From Escherichia coli (GTDB lineage Bacteria > Pseudomonadota > Gammaproteobacteria > Enterobacterales > Enterobacteriaceae): a stretch of 64,000 nucleotides of DNA. The notes beneath the pieces are model-generated. The model was not told the DNA's origin and searched no databases. It was given only the letters and a program-made list of their open reading frames with translations. The translations under genes were made by a program, and so were the position numbers. Below, piece by piece: positions 1-21,785 of the stretch; the stretch's first letter is position 1; the number at the start of each line of letters is the position of its first letter. The stretch is from the NCBI RefSeq assembly GCF_003334765.1, contig NZ_QOWT01000007.1; one strand, 5' to 3'.

Positions 1-1429
<1,429 letters not shown>

Positions 1430-1527
1430 TATTGCTGACACGGTTTTCCCCTCACCCTAACCCTCTCCCCAGAGGGGCGAGGGGACCGACCGAGCGCCTT
1501 TTTGACTCTGTACACGGTTAACACTTT

Positions 1528-1563
1528 GCCGGATGCGGCGTGAACGCCTGATCCGGCCTACGG
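1528..1563. repeat. REP (repetitive extragenic palindromic) element in pstA-pstB spacer
   Basis: gccggatgcggcgtgaacgcctgatccggcctacgg matches the E. coli REP consensus; preceded by a GC-rich imperfect palindrome at about 1446-1485. Confidence 0.6.
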
Positions 1564-1572
1564 TAAGCCTGA

Positions 1573-2385
<813 letters not shown>

Positions 2386-2399
2386 TTCAGGAGTGCGTT

Positions 2400-3125
2400 A
2401 TGGACAGTCTCAATCTTAATAAACATATTTCCGGCCAGTTCAACGCCGAACTGGAAAGTATCCGCACGCAGGTGATGACCATGGGCGGCATGGTGGAGCA
2501 GCAGCTTTCTGATGCAATCACCGCGATGCATAACCAGGACAGCGATCTGGCGAAGCGCGTCATCGAAGGCGACAAGAACGTCAACATGATGGAAGTGGCG
2601 ATCGATGAAGCCTGCGTGCGCATTATCGCCAAACGTCAGCCGACGGCGAGCGACCTGCGACTGGTTATGGTGATCAGTAAAACCATTGCCGAGCTGGAGC
2701 GTATTGGCGACGTGGCGGACAAAATCTGCCGTACTGCGCTGGAGAAATTCTCCCAGCAGCATCAGCCGTTGCTGGTAAGTCTGGAGTCGCTGGGCCGTCA
2801 TACCATCCAGATGCTGCACGACGTGCTGGACGCGTTCGCGCGGATGGACATTGACGAAGCGGTACGTATTTATCGTGAAGATAAAAAAGTCGATCAGGAA
2901 TACGAAGGTATTGTTCGTCAACTGATGACCTACATGATGGAAGATTCGCGTACCATTCCGAGCGTACTTACTGCGCTGTTCTGCGCGCGTTCTATCGAAC
3001 GTATTGGCGACCGCTGCCAGAATATTTGTGAGTTTATCTTCTACTACGTGAAGGGGCAGGATTTCCGTCACGTCGGTGGCGATGAGCTGGATAAACTGCT
3101 GGCGGGGAAAGATAGCGACAAATAA
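2400..3125 (+). CDS. phoU: phosphate signalling regulator PhoU
   Basis: 241-aa product [14 protein letters not shown]... from ATG at 2400 (ORF track start 2382 is an upstream in-frame extension); follows pstB. Confidence 0.93.
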   Translation: MDSLNLNKHISGQFNAELESIRTQVMTMGGMVEQQLSDAITAMHNQDSDLAKRVIEGDKNVNMMEVAIDEACVRIIAKRQPTASDLRLVMVISKTIAELERIGDVADKICRTALEKFSQQHQPLLVSLESLGRHTIQMLHDVLDAFARMDIDEAVRIYREDKKVDQEYEGIVRQLMTYMMEDSRTIPSVLTALFCARSIERIGDRCQNICEFIFYYVKGQDFRHVGGDELDKLLAGKDSDK

Positions 3126-3133
3126 TTCACCAG

Positions 3134-3175
3134 ACAAATCCCAATAACTTAATTATTGGGATTTGTTATATATAA
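3134..3175 (+). terminator. Rho-independent terminator downstream of phoU
   Basis: Perfect 14-bp inverted repeat acaaatcccaataa / ttattgggatttgt (3134-3147 and 3153-3166) with 5-nt loop, followed by T-rich tract. Confidence 0.7.
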
Positions 3176-3320
3176 CTTTATAAATTCCTAAAATTACACA
3201 AAGTTAATAACTGCGAGCATGGTCATATTTTTATCAATAGCGCATTGCTATTTTCTCTGCACGCAATTAAATTAATTTCCGAACCTGGATGTTCGTTATA
3301 AAAACCATTAATAAATGACT
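3176..3320 (+). promoter_or_regulatory. bgl promoter / AT-rich silencer region with candidate CRP site
   Basis: Strongly AT-rich segment upstream of the bglG leader; CRP-like motif tgcgagcatggtcata at about 3212-3227; no IS insertion present. Confidence 0.5.
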
Positions 3321-3346
3321 GGATTGTTACTGCATTCGCAGGCAAA

Positions 3347-3349
<3 letters not shown>
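3321..3349 (+). promoter_or_regulatory. RAT1 (ribonucleic antiterminator) target of BglG in bgl leader
   Basis: ggattgttactgcattcgcaggcaaaacc; near-identical copy at 4267-4296; overlaps 5' arm of the following terminator. Confidence 0.8.
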
Positions 3350-12004
<8,655 letters not shown>

Positions 12005-12472
12005 TTAACTTAAAGAGTCTGTTTCAGGACATGAAATATCCAATCCGGGTAGACGGGTAATGATTCTGCTCATCACCACACCTGCCAGCAATGCAGGAAT
12101 GATGCGGACAACGAGACTGTCACCAGAAAGAATGTTTTCAAACAACTCCGAGGAAGCCATGCCCTTAATATGTACAATAACTGCACAATAGATCTCGGTG
12201 ATAACGACGCCACCTATGCCACCAGCCAGACAACGATAACGTTTCTGTGACCCGATCTTTTCCGGCAGACAGGCAACCATTACACCGGTTAACAACGCAG
12301 GAATAGCTCCCGTAGTTATCGACAATAAGAGAAAAATTGGATGTATTATCACCCAAAGAACCAGCGGTTCTTTTGCGAAGAATATGTAGAGGACAAGAAA
12401 CAGAACACCAATTAACGGTCCTAAAACTGCAAAATAAAGTCCGTGATGTATTACCCGACGTGAAACAGACAT
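12005..12472 (-). CDS. cbrB: inner membrane protein CbrB
   Basis: 155-aa hydrophobic ORF. Confidence 0.8.
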   Translation of the reverse strand: MSVSRRVIHHGLYFAVLGPLIGVLFLVLYIFFAKEPLVLWVIIHPIFLLLSITTGAIPALLTGVMVACLPEKIGSQKRYRCLAGGIGGVVITEIYCAVIVHIKGMASSELFENILSGDSLVVRIIPALLAGVVMSRIITRLPGLDISCPETDSLS

Positions 12473-12538
12473 ATCAAACTCCCTTTACTTACCTTTGAGC
12501 GCCAATTTAAGCGGGGTAAGTGAAGGGAGTGTGAAGAA

Positions 12539-13204
12539 CTATGCCGTAATATCCCAACCACGCGCTTTCCACAGTTCAGGTAACTGCGAAAGATGGGTAA
12601 AGGTGGTGACTTTCGGGTGAACGATCGGCTTATTGTGCGGGTCGGCGCAGAAGTAGAACACTTCCATACCTGCGTCGATACCAGATTGTGCACCGGCAAC
12701 TGAGTCATCAACCAGAATGCAGTTTTCTACATTTACATTCATCGCTTTTGCCGCATGGAACATTAACGCCGGGTCTGGCTTCCAGCGCTGAATATCGTAG
12801 CCGCTGAACAGTTTATCCGGGAAGTAGTGCAACATATTCAGCTTGCCCATAGAATGCTGCATTTTGTTATTTGGGCCGTTAGATACCACACACATTGGCG
12901 CAGTGATCGCTGACAGGAGCGCTCCAGCCCCTTCGATGGCTTCCAGTTCTGAATCGAACAGCCGAGCGACTTCTGCACGGTAAACGTGTTCAGCTTCTGT
13001 TTTCGCTAACGTAACACCATGTTCAAGGGAAACAATATCGATAATTTCGTACAGTTTTACACCTTTGAAACGTTTGAATACCTCTTCAGGATCGAGCGTA
13101 ATACCAAATTCCTGAAACATCGTTACATATGCGCGAGAGCAAATGACTTCACTGTCGACCAGCGTACCGTCGCAGTCGAAAAATACCGCTTCTATCCGGG
13201 ACAT
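12539..13204 (-). CDS. yieH: HAD-superfamily phosphatase YieH
   Basis: 221-aa ORF with HAD motif I FFDCDGTLVDSE near N-terminus. Confidence 0.87.
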   Translation of the reverse strand: MSRIEAVFFDCDGTLVDSEVICSRAYVTMFQEFGITLDPEEVFKRFKGVKLYEIIDIVSLEHGVTLAKTEAEHVYRAEVARLFDSELEAIEGAGALLSAITAPMCVVSNGPNNKMQHSMGKLNMLHYFPDKLFSGYDIQRWKPDPALMFHAAKAMNVNVENCILVDDSVAGAQSGIDAGMEVFYFCADPHNKPIVHPKVTTFTHLSQLPELWKARGWDITA

Positions 13205-13368
13205 GCCTTTCCTTTTTAATCAGTTTAACGTTTTCGTAGAGCCGATTTGCGCAACGCAATCGTTGCCGTATAAGTAAATCCAATAAAAAAGTCTCTCACA
13301 AACGCGCCTATTGTCGCATTTTGGTATACGATAGCGACGGATTTTCCCTCCTTGTTCGGAAATAGATA

Positions 13369-14706
13369 ATGAGTCATCAACATACCACCCAGACTTCTGG
13401 TCAGGGGATGCTGGAACGCGTGTTTAAACTGCGCGAACATGGCACGACGGCACGGACCGAAGTGATCGCCGGTTTTACCACCTTCCTGACGATGGTTTAC
13501 ATCGTTTTTGTTAACCCGCAAATTCTTGGCGTTGCTGGCATGGATACCAGCGCCGTCTTCGTCACTACCTGTCTGATCGCTGCATTCGGCAGTATTATGA
13601 TGGGACTGTTTGCTAACCTGCCAGTTGCACTGGCACCCGCTATGGGCCTGAATGCGTTCTTCGCTTTTGTCGTTGTACAGGCGATGGGCTTGCCGTGGCA
13701 GGTCGGGATGGGCGCAATCTTCTGGGGCGCGATAGGTCTGCTGTTACTGACGATTTTCCGCGTTCGCTACTGGATGATAGCCAACATTCCGGTGAGTCTG
13801 CGTGTGGGTATTACCAGCGGTATCGGTCTGTTCATTGGCATGATGGGGCTGAAAAACGCAGGTGTGATTGTCGCTAACCCGGAAACGCTGGTGAGCATCG
13901 GTAATCTGACTTCTCACAGCGTACTTCTGGGTATCCTCGGCTTCTTCATCATTGCTATTCTGGCCTCGCGCAACATTCACGCAGCGGTGCTGGTTTCTAT
14001 CGTGGTGACGACGCTGCTGGGCTGGATGCTGGGTGATGTGCACTACAATGGCATCGTTTCTGCGCCGCCGAGCGTAATGACAGTTGTGGGTCATGTAGAT
14101 TTAGCCGGGTCGTTTAACCTCGGGCTGGCAGGGGTGATTTTCTCTTTCATGTTGGTCAACTTGTTTGACTCCTCCGGTACGCTGATTGGCGTGACCGATA
14201 AAGCAGGTCTGGCGGATGAGAAGGGGAAATTCCCGCGCATGAAGCAGGCGCTGTATGTCGACAGTATCTCTTCCGTGACCGGTTCGTTTATCGGTACTTC
14301 TTCCGTTACGGCTTATATTGAGTCCTCTTCCGGCGTATCGGTTGGCGGTCGTACCGGTCTGACGGCAGTGGTTGTTGGTCTGCTGTTCCTGCTGGTTATC
14401 TTTCTGTCGCCGCTGGCGGGGATGGTGCCAGGCTACGCTGCAGCTGGTGCGCTGATTTACGTTGGCGTGCTGATGACTTCCAGTCTGGCACGCGTGAACT
14501 GGCAGGATCTTACTGAATCTGTTCCGGCGTTTATTACCGCCGTGATGATGCCGTTCAGCTTCTCGATTACCGAAGGTATCGCGCTGGGCTTTATCTCCTA
14601 CTGCGTGATGAAAATCGGTACCGGACGTCTGCGTGATCTAAGCCCGTGCGTAATCATCGTTGCGCTGCTGTTTATCCTGAAGATTGTCTTTATCGACGCT
14701 CACTAA
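13369..14706 (+). CDS. adeP: adenine permease AdeP (NCS2/AzgA family)
   Basis: 445-aa polytopic membrane ORF. Confidence 0.9.
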   Translation: MSHQHTTQTSGQGMLERVFKLREHGTTARTEVIAGFTTFLTMVYIVFVNPQILGVAGMDTSAVFVTTCLIAAFGSIMMGLFANLPVALAPAMGLNAFFAFVVVQAMGLPWQVGMGAIFWGAIGLLLLTIFRVRYWMIANIPVSLRVGITSGIGLFIGMMGLKNAGVIVANPETLVSIGNLTSHSVLLGILGFFIIAILASRNIHAAVLVSIVVTTLLGWMLGDVHYNGIVSAPPSVMTVVGHVDLAGSFNLGLAGVIFSFMLVNLFDSSGTLIGVTDKAGLADEKGKFPRMKQALYVDSISSVTGSFIGTSSVTAYIESSSGVSVGGRTGLTAVVVGLLFLLVIFLSPLAGMVPGYAAAGALIYVGVLMTSSLARVNWQDLTESVPAFITAVMMPFSFSITEGIALGFISYCVMKIGTGRLRDLSPCVIIVALLFILKIVFIDAH

Positions 14707-14721
14707 AATCGATAGCGCGTT

Positions 14722-14758
14722 AAAAACCCGCCATGCATGATTGCTGGCGGGTTTTTTA
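14722..14758. terminator. bidirectional Rho-independent terminator between adeP and chrR
   Basis: Arms cccgcca (14727-14733) / tggcggg (14745-14751), A-run before and T-run after. Confidence 0.7.
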
Positions 14759-14759
14759 T

Positions 14760-15326
14760 TTAGATCTTAACTCGCTGAATAAACTCACCAAATGCGGTCA
14801 ATTGCCCGGTCAGGTGGTCCAGCGTACCCTGATCAATCACTTCTCCGGTTTGCGGATCAACTTTGTTCTGAATCACGCCGCCCATAAATTCCGGCTTGTT
14901 CATCACCATTGCATCGAGGAAAACCAGAATCTGGCGCAGGTGATACTGACAGCGCGCGCCGCCAATCACGCCCATTGAGCTGGTCTGAATCAATACCGGT
15001 TTACCGGCCAGCGGTTGATCCGGCAGGCGGGAAAGCCAGTCGATGGCATTTTTCAGCCCACCCGGTACCGAGTAGTTATATTCCGGCGTGACGATCACCA
15101 CACCGTCAGCCTGACGGATCTGTTCCGCCAGAGCTTCAACCGTTGCTGGAAAACCTTCTTCCTGCTGTACGTCAGCGTCATACAAGGGAATGTCGGCAAT
15201 GGATGGTAACGCATTGACTTCCATGCTCGCCGGAGCAATTTTCGGCAGGGTACGTGCAACCATGCCATTAAATGAGCCTTTGCGCAGGCTCCCCAGTAAC
15301 GTAACCACCTGCAATTTTTCAGACAT
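14760..15326 (-). CDS. chrR: NAD(P)H-dependent FMN reductase / chromate reductase ChrR (YieF)
   Basis: 188-aa ORF with N-terminal flavodoxin-like fold signature (VVTLLGSLRKGSFN). Confidence 0.88.
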   Translation of the reverse strand: MSEKLQVVTLLGSLRKGSFNGMVARTLPKIAPASMEVNALPSIADIPLYDADVQQEEGFPATVEALAEQIRQADGVVIVTPEYNYSVPGGLKNAIDWLSRLPDQPLAGKPVLIQTSSMGVIGGARCQYHLRQILVFLDAMVMNKPEFMGGVIQNKVDPQTGEVIDQGTLDHLTGQLTAFGEFIQRVKI

Positions 15327-15347
15327 GATGACTCCTGTGGTTGTCTA

Positions 15348-16109
15348 TCAATTTGGCGAAAAAGCCTTCACGGTAGAGAGTTGGGCAAAACGCATCATCC
15401 GGCTGGTAGGATTGTTGGCGCGGCTGTGAATATCCGGCAGGCTTTTCCAGCCGTGTTTGCCATCTAACTCCCAGACACTGAGCTTTTCAATCGTGGGCGT
15501 GACCGCCACGGACCACACCAGCACGTCTTCCGCGTCGCATAACGCTTCTACATGATTTACATGAGCACATTTCAGGCGTCCGGCAATGGGCAGCAGCTGC
15601 AGATCGCGCGGATCGTCATTCAAAACATCACCGGTTAGTTTTAGCACGCTTCGGCGCAGCGTGATGAGCTGCGCCCGCGCTTCGTTAGGATCGTTTTGTT
15701 TACTGATCCATAGCGATTCATTGCTGGAAAAGGTGTGGTTATCGGGCGCGTGTGGGCTATGAAACCCGCGCGTCGCACGCTGTAGTTCCATATCGAGGCC
15801 ACATTCACCTTCGGTTGTTAACGCCACGCCAACCATATTCCCGGCATAGGAAATGGAAAACGAAGGCAAATTTTTATCACTGAAAACCGGTTTACCTTTC
15901 GGCAGGGTGACGATTTCCGGCAATTCGCCAATGCCATACAGCATGAACATCAGTTCTGCGAGTAAACCTCTGGACGCCAGAAAACGGCTTTGACGATGAG
16001 GGGGAATGTTTCGGGCTTCTTGATGACACTGGGAGGGGAGACGAACAGAAATCAGATGTCCTTCCGTTAAAATCCCTCGGGCAAAGTGAGTCGCCATTTT
16101 TCGCTCCAT
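15348..16109 (-). CDS. yieE: phosphopantetheinyl transferase-like protein YieE
   Basis: 253-aa ORF; exact start codon uncertain (MERKMATHF...). Confidence 0.78.
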   Translation of the reverse strand: MERKMATHFARGILTEGHLISVRLPSQCHQEARNIPPHRQSRFLASRGLLAELMFMLYGIGELPEIVTLPKGKPVFSDKNLPSFSISYAGNMVGVALTTEGECGLDMELQRATRGFHSPHAPDNHTFSSNESLWISKQNDPNEARAQLITLRRSVLKLTGDVLNDDPRDLQLLPIAGRLKCAHVNHVEALCDAEDVLVWSVAVTPTIEKLSVWELDGKHGWKSLPDIHSRANNPTSRMMRFAQLSTVKAFSPN

Positions 16110-16253
16110 GCTTAATGGTCCATTATGAATACAAGAGTAATCATTTACTGGAATGATGGACAGACTAAAGCGGCTAAAAGTTCGATTCAGACAAGCTTAT
16201 TACAACTTTTTTACATTTTATTGTGAAATTGGGTCGCGTTTCATACGATTCGG

Positions 16254-17213
16254 TTATGCCATCGACGCGTAAAGGTTTTTAATGGTTTCCCGTAACCAGA
16301 CGATCTTCGGATTATGGCTGTTCCGTTTATGCCACAGCAGGGTAAAAGGAACTTCCAGCTTTTTTTGCTGGCTTTCGTCAAACGGGAGAGGAAGAGCAAC
16401 CAACGGCAGTTGATGGAGTTGATTGTAGTACTGACAGTAGCGCGGCGCGGTCGCCAGTAGCAGATTGTCGGGTTGCGCTGCCATAAACAGTGACTGCTCG
16501 AATTCCGGCAGGCTCATAGCAATCGTGCGTTCGCGTCCCAGCTCCTGTAACACATTGTCCAGCGCCCAGGTATCGCTCTGTTCCCAGCAAATGCTGATAT
16601 GCGGATAACGTAAGAAGGTGTCCAGATTCCACGTTTGATGCAGTGCCGGATGATCTTTGCGTAACCAGACGCAGGGCACATCACTAAACAGCACTTCATA
16701 ATCAATGGCTAACGGTAGCGAGCTTAACAGCTCCCGCGAGCGAGGATGGCTTTCGCGACCGGAAAAACCGATATCCACTTCACCACGAGTAATGGCATCT
16801 AAGGAATCGTAATCCCAGTTACGTAATTTGATGGTCGCCTGCGGGTAACGTTGGTAGATCTGTTTCGACAGCGCATTAAGCATGATCATCATCAGCGGTG
16901 ATTCCGCCGCCAGCTCAAACTTCAGGCCGCGCGGTGTCTGGTGGTGCGGTTTATCCAGCAGCAGGTTGCTCATTTGCATCCACTCCGCCAGATTTTGCTC
17001 CATGCTGACCATCAGCGGTGTGGGCGACAGACCCAGCGGTGAGTTCACAAAGAGCGGGTCGTCAAACCACGCTCTTAACTTTGCCAGCGACTTACTCACC
17101 GCCGAAGGTGTCACGTTTATCCGCTTCGCCGCTTTGGTTACGCTGCGCTCCTGCATCAGCAGTTGCAGACAAAGCAGCAGATTGAGATCAAGCGTGGTGA
17201 TGGATTTCTTCAT
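16254..17213 (-). CDS. yidZ: LysR-family transcriptional regulator YidZ
   Basis: 319-aa product [16 protein letters not shown]... with N-terminal HTH; ORF track start 17222 is an extension; 5' end overlaps mdtL 3' end. Confidence 0.85.
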
Positions 17214-18363
17214 GAGCGGCAACGGGGCGTCCAGGCGCGACGAACATAATCAGCAACAGGCTCACTATGCTACAGGCAATCAGAATCCCGATCAGCATAT
17301 TCCATGCGCCGATACCAACCACCGCTGCCAGCCAAATCCACAGTGACGAACCGCAAACCTGCGCAATACCTAAGGTCGAGCTGGCTACGCCCGCGCGTAA
17401 TGAAAACGGCCCTAACGCCTGACTCATCGCCACACCAAAACCTACCGAGAAACCGGCGCAAATCAGCGTGATACCAAACAGAGAAACCGCATGGGAAGGT
17501 GAAACGGCAAGAGTGATCCCCGCCGCCAGGAATAACACCTGCGAGGTGATCATCAACGTACGTGGCTTAAAAATTCCCAGCGCAAATGGCGTGGAGAATG
17601 AAACGGTCATGCTGACGCCAGCGGTCAGCGCCATAATGGTGGCGTATTCACCGCGCTCAAACCCCATGATTTCCATCAGCAATACCGGTGACGTGTTGAC
17701 GAAAGTGAGGATCACCGAAACGCTGAGGGTGGTGATAACAACACGGCTGAGGAAAAAACGGTTAAGCAGCGACTCGCTATTTTCTCGTGGTTTATCCGAA
17801 GCTGCGGGGGCCGCTGGGCGCGTTTCTTTTAAAATAAACAAAGACAACATCAGTACCGCGATGCCCATCATTGCCATCGCCCAGAACAGACTCTGCCACG
17901 GGAATTTAAGCATAATCAGATGTCCGAGCACTGGCGCTAACACCGGAATGATGCAGGTAATACCGTTGAGTAATGACAGCACTTTAGCCCGACGTCGATC
18001 ATCCAGCGTGTCGCGCAAAATAGCGAACGCCACTACGTAACAACAGCCTGCGCCCAACCCCTGTAGAAATCGGCCTGCAAGAAATAACGTGCTGGTTTCA
18101 GCCAGTGAACAGAACACCGAGGCAATAATAAATAGCGCCGCGCCGGGTATGGCGACCGGCTTTCTCCCTGAACGATCGGCCACTTTACCGGCAAATAACA
18201 TCGCAGCTGCCATCCCCGCCAGATATACGGAGAACGCAATATGCAACTGCGCTTCGCTGGCATTGAGATCGGCGGCGATGCGCGGTAAACCAACGAGGTA
18301 CATATCAATCCCGGCGGGATAAAGTAAAACCAGGGCAAAACTACAAATCAAAAAGCGGGACAT
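17188..18363 (-). CDS. mdtL: MFS multidrug efflux transporter MdtL
   Basis: 391-aa 12-TM MFS ORF. Confidence 0.9.
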   Translation of the reverse strand: MSRFLICSFALVLLYPAGIDMYLVGLPRIAADLNASEAQLHIAFSVYLAGMAAAMLFAGKVADRSGRKPVAIPGAALFIIASVFCSLAETSTLFLAGRFLQGLGAGCCYVVAFAILRDTLDDRRRAKVLSLLNGITCIIPVLAPVLGHLIMLKFPWQSLFWAMAMMGIAVLMLSLFILKETRPAAPAASDKPRENSESLLNRFFLSRVVITTLSVSVILTFVNTSPVLLMEIMGFERGEYATIMALTAGVSMTVSFSTPFALGIFKPRTLMITSQVLFLAAGITLAVSPSHAVSLFGITLICAGFSVGFGVAMSQALGPFSLRAGVASSTLGIAQVCGSSLWIWLAAVVGIGAWNMLIGILIACSIVSLLLIMFVAPGRPVAAHEEIHHHA

Positions 18364-18450
18364 GGGCTAAAGCGTCCTGATAGTAAGGTGACGCAAAGCA
18401 TACGTGGTGAAGGAGGATCAGGCGAGTTGCCATTTGGACATAAGTGATTT

Positions 18451-18477
18451 CCTGAGAGGCAAGAAGCCAGCGAATGG
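18451..18477 (-). terminator. putative hairpin terminator downstream of tnaB
   Basis: aagaagccagc / gctggcttctt inverted repeat just past tnaB stop; weak U-tail. Confidence 0.4.
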
Positions 18478-18494
18478 CTGGCTTCTTGAAGGAT

Positions 18495-19742
18495 TTAGCC
18501 AAATTTAGGTAACACGTTAAAGACGTTGCCGAACCAGCACAAAATCACGGTTATACCAAAGAGAATGACAATCGCCGGAATAAGATTGCCGCCCCAGACC
18601 GTGAACATCTGATTGGGAAACTTCTTGCGAGCTTTGATTGCAAGCACTGCGGGAATAATGACCGCCCAGATGGTGGCGCACAGCCCGGCACCGCCGATCC
18701 CGTAAATAAAGCCGTTCGGGAAGATCAGATACAACAACGCAGGTGGCAGGAAGGTTAACAGCACGGTTTTGAAACGCCCGCCGTGGGAGTTATCAATCTT
18801 AAACAGGTCCGCCAGATAATCGAACAACCCCAGCGTGACACCAAAGAACGAACTGGCAACAGCTAAGTTAGAGAACACCAGCAGGCAAAACTCGATAATG
18901 CCGTGCTGTTTGGTGCCGAGGAACGATTTCACCAGCGAATCAACGTTGCCGCCTGAGGAGATAATCGCCTTAAAGCTTTCTCGCGGAATATTCCCCATGG
19001 TGCAATAGAGCCAGAAGAGATAAATCACCAGCGCCAGCAGCGAACCAAATACCACGCTTTTGATTAACTTATCTTTGCGTTTTCCATAGCAAATAATCAG
19101 GCTGGGAATATTGCCGTGGAAACCAAATGACGCCAGACACACCGGCAAAGCCATAAAGATATACGGGAAGTAAGACGTTCCCGCAGTGGAGCTGGTGGCG
19201 TCGCGCAGAATGGAGTAATCGACCTGGAAGAAAAAAGAACCAAACACGATCACAAAGGAGATAATCTTCAGCCCGAGGAACAATGAGGTAATACGACTGG
19301 CGGCTAACGAACTTAACCACAATACGCTGGCAACGAAAATGGCTGTGCAGATCCCGACAATACGTGGATTAGCGTGATAACCCAAATTCATTGATATCGT
19401 TTCACTAATGATCGCACCATTAGCAGAGATATAGGCATAAGTGAGGATATAGAGAACGAAGGCAACGGTAATACCGCTGATAATGTTCCAGGTGTTACCG
19501 ATTAAATCTTTGGTGATGGTGTTAAAACTGGAGCCGACGGGATAATTTAAATTTGCTTCTAATAACAATAACCCGGAATGAAGCATTGAAAACCAGGCAA
19601 TGATAAGGATAAAGGCACCCCAGAAAAACCAGGCACCGGCAAGATCAACAGGTAAAGCAAACATACCTCCACCAATTACTGTACCTGCTATAACCATAAC
19701 ACCCCAAAATGCAGAGTGCTTTTTTTCAGCTTGATCAGTCAT
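18495..19742 (-). CDS. tnaB: low-affinity tryptophan permease TnaB
   Basis: 415-aa membrane ORF downstream of tnaA. Confidence 0.93.
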   Translation of the reverse strand: MTDQAEKKHSAFWGVMVIAGTVIGGGMFALPVDLAGAWFFWGAFILIIAWFSMLHSGLLLLEANLNYPVGSSFNTITKDLIGNTWNIISGITVAFVLYILTYAYISANGAIISETISMNLGYHANPRIVGICTAIFVASVLWLSSLAASRITSLFLGLKIISFVIVFGSFFFQVDYSILRDATSSTAGTSYFPYIFMALPVCLASFGFHGNIPSLIICYGKRKDKLIKSVVFGSLLALVIYLFWLYCTMGNIPRESFKAIISSGGNVDSLVKSFLGTKQHGIIEFCLLVFSNLAVASSFFGVTLGLFDYLADLFKIDNSHGGRFKTVLLTFLPPALLYLIFPNGFIYGIGGAGLCATIWAVIIPAVLAIKARKKFPNQMFTVWGGNLIPAIVILFGITVILCWFGNVFNVLPKFG

Positions 19743-19832
19743 GATGCCACCTTTAGAGGAAGGCTATTTTTGTTATTGAGGATGTAGGGTAAGAGAGTGG
19801 CTAACATCCTTATAGCCACTCTGTAGTATTAA

Positions 19833-21248
19833 TTAAACTTCTTTAAGTTTTGCGGTGAAGTGACGCAATACTTTCGGTTCGTACGTAAAGGTTAATCCTT
19901 TAATATTCGCCGCGTTCTCTTTCACATGTTTAAAGGCTTCAATAATGAAGTCCATATGTGTTTGAGTATATGTTGCGCGCGGAATGGTTAAACGCAGCAG
20001 TTCAGCCGGGCATGGCAGTTGTTTACCGGTTTTCGGATCGCGGCCTAACAGGAAAGAGCCAATTTCTACCGCACGGATACCGGCGACTTTATACAGCTCG
20101 CAGGCCAGCGCCTGTGCCGGGAACTGGTCTGCCGGGATATGCGGCAACAGTTTACCGGCATCAACGAATGCCGCGTGACCGCCCGCCTGCTGGCAGACAA
20201 CGCCAATCTCTTCCAGACCATCGACCAGATACTGTACCTGCGCGATACGATAAGCCAGCCAGTCGAGATTCATGCCGTCATACAGACCTACCGCCAGACG
20301 CTCCATCGCGCCGCCTTCCAGGCCGCCATATGTCGGGAAGCCTTCCTGCACCACGCAAAGGGTTCTGCACTCGGTGTACACATCAAAGAAGCTGTCGTCT
20401 TTCATGCACAGCAGGCCGCCCATCGGCACCATCGCATCTTTCTTGGCGGACATCGCCAGCATATCGGCATATTTGTAGGTTTCGCGGGTGATCTGCTCGA
20501 TGGTCCAGTCTTTGTATTCTGCTTCACGCTGCTTGATGAAATAGGCGTTTTCAGCAAAGCGCGCGGAGTCCATTACCACCGGAATATCGTATTTCTTCGC
20601 GATGCTGTACATCGCTTTTAAGTTTGCCAGTGAAACCGGCTGACCACCTGCAGAGTTACTGGTGATGGTTGCAACGATATACGGCACGTTATTCGGACCA
20701 ACTTCTTCAATACCGCGTTCTAATCCCTCAAGGTCAAAGTTGCCTTTAAAGTCGTAACGCACGCCCGTATCGAAGGCTTCTTTGATATAGACGTTACGCA
20801 CGGTACAGCCGTTGATCTGGCTATGGCCCTGCGTGGTATCAAAGAAATAGTTAGAGAACGCCACCATTTTGCTGCGATCCAGGCCTTTTTCCTGCTCGCG
20901 TTTTTTAATCAGTACCGGAATATAGATTTGCTCTGCGCCACGGCCCTGGTGAGTCGGAATGGTGTATTGATAACCAAAGATATTTTTCACTGACTCGGCT
21001 AACGCATAGTAGCTACGACTGCCGCTGTAGGCTTCGTCGCCGCGCATCATCGCAGCCTGCATGCTCTGCGTCACCGCCCCGGTGCCGCTGTCGGTCAGTA
21101 AATCGATAAACACATCTTCGCTATCCAGCAGGAACGGGTTCATACCGGATTTAATAATTGCCTCTTCACGATAAGCGCGAGTGGTACGTTTTACTGGCTC
21201 AATAACACGAATGCGGAACGGTTCAGGGAGATGTTTAAAGTTTTCCAT
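19833..21248 (-). CDS. tnaA: tryptophanase TnaA
   Basis: 471-aa product [19 protein letters not shown]... (track start 21263 is an extension); PLP-enzyme sequence. Confidence 0.95.
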
Positions 21249-21468
21249 TACATAATCCTTCATTTATTTTAATTACAGTGATCCCTGTGAATATTACATC
21301 TGCTATACCGATTAATTCGCCAGATATATATGCAAGCACCATCATTTACTAAAACAAGTAAATAAACGAGAGATGACCTTTGCAAAAGGCAAAATTAAGA
21401 TATAGCAAACAAATAGATCACATTGAATCTAATCGGTTTGGCTCTGGTGATGGCTACAGAAGGGCAAA

Positions 21469-21543
21469 TCAAGGGCGGTGATCGACAATTTTGTTGTCAA
21501 TATTGAACCATTTTGAGGTCACACATATATGTAAGATATTCAT
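21469..21543 (-). CDS. tnaC: tna operon leader peptide TnaC (24 aa)
   Basis: Minus-strand ORF translating to MNILHICVTSKWFNIDNKIVDHRP with the single Trp codon and C-terminal Pro; about 220-nt spacer to tnaA. Confidence 0.9.
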   Translation of the reverse strand: MNILHICVTSKWFNIDNKIVDHRP

Positions 21544-21618
21544 AATGCACTTATCCTCGCAAGACACGAGGCTACATTATTACACTCAGAGTTTTTGTCT
21601 ATTCTGAAATTGTTTAAA

Positions 21619-21634
21619 TGTGAATCGAATCACA
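21619..21634. promoter_or_regulatory. CRP-binding site of the tna promoter
   Basis: tgtgaatcgaatcaca is a near-perfect TGTGA-N6-TCACA palindrome upstream of tnaC. Confidence 0.6.
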
Positions 21635-21785
21635 ATCGTTCGGGGAGCAATATTAAATGCTTTTTTTAAAGATTATAAATTACGTAAGAATTTTAATGTT
21701 TAAAAAAAGGGTTGAGGAATAACAGGAGTGGTAACAATGAAGCGAAGCCGCATCTGACAGTCAGAATGCGGCTTCGTAAGCGCGG

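Noticed and set aside
16378-16705. Small minus-strand ORFs (84 and 63 aa) inside yidZ region
   Set aside because: Alternate-frame overlaps of the yidZ coding sequence with no independent signals
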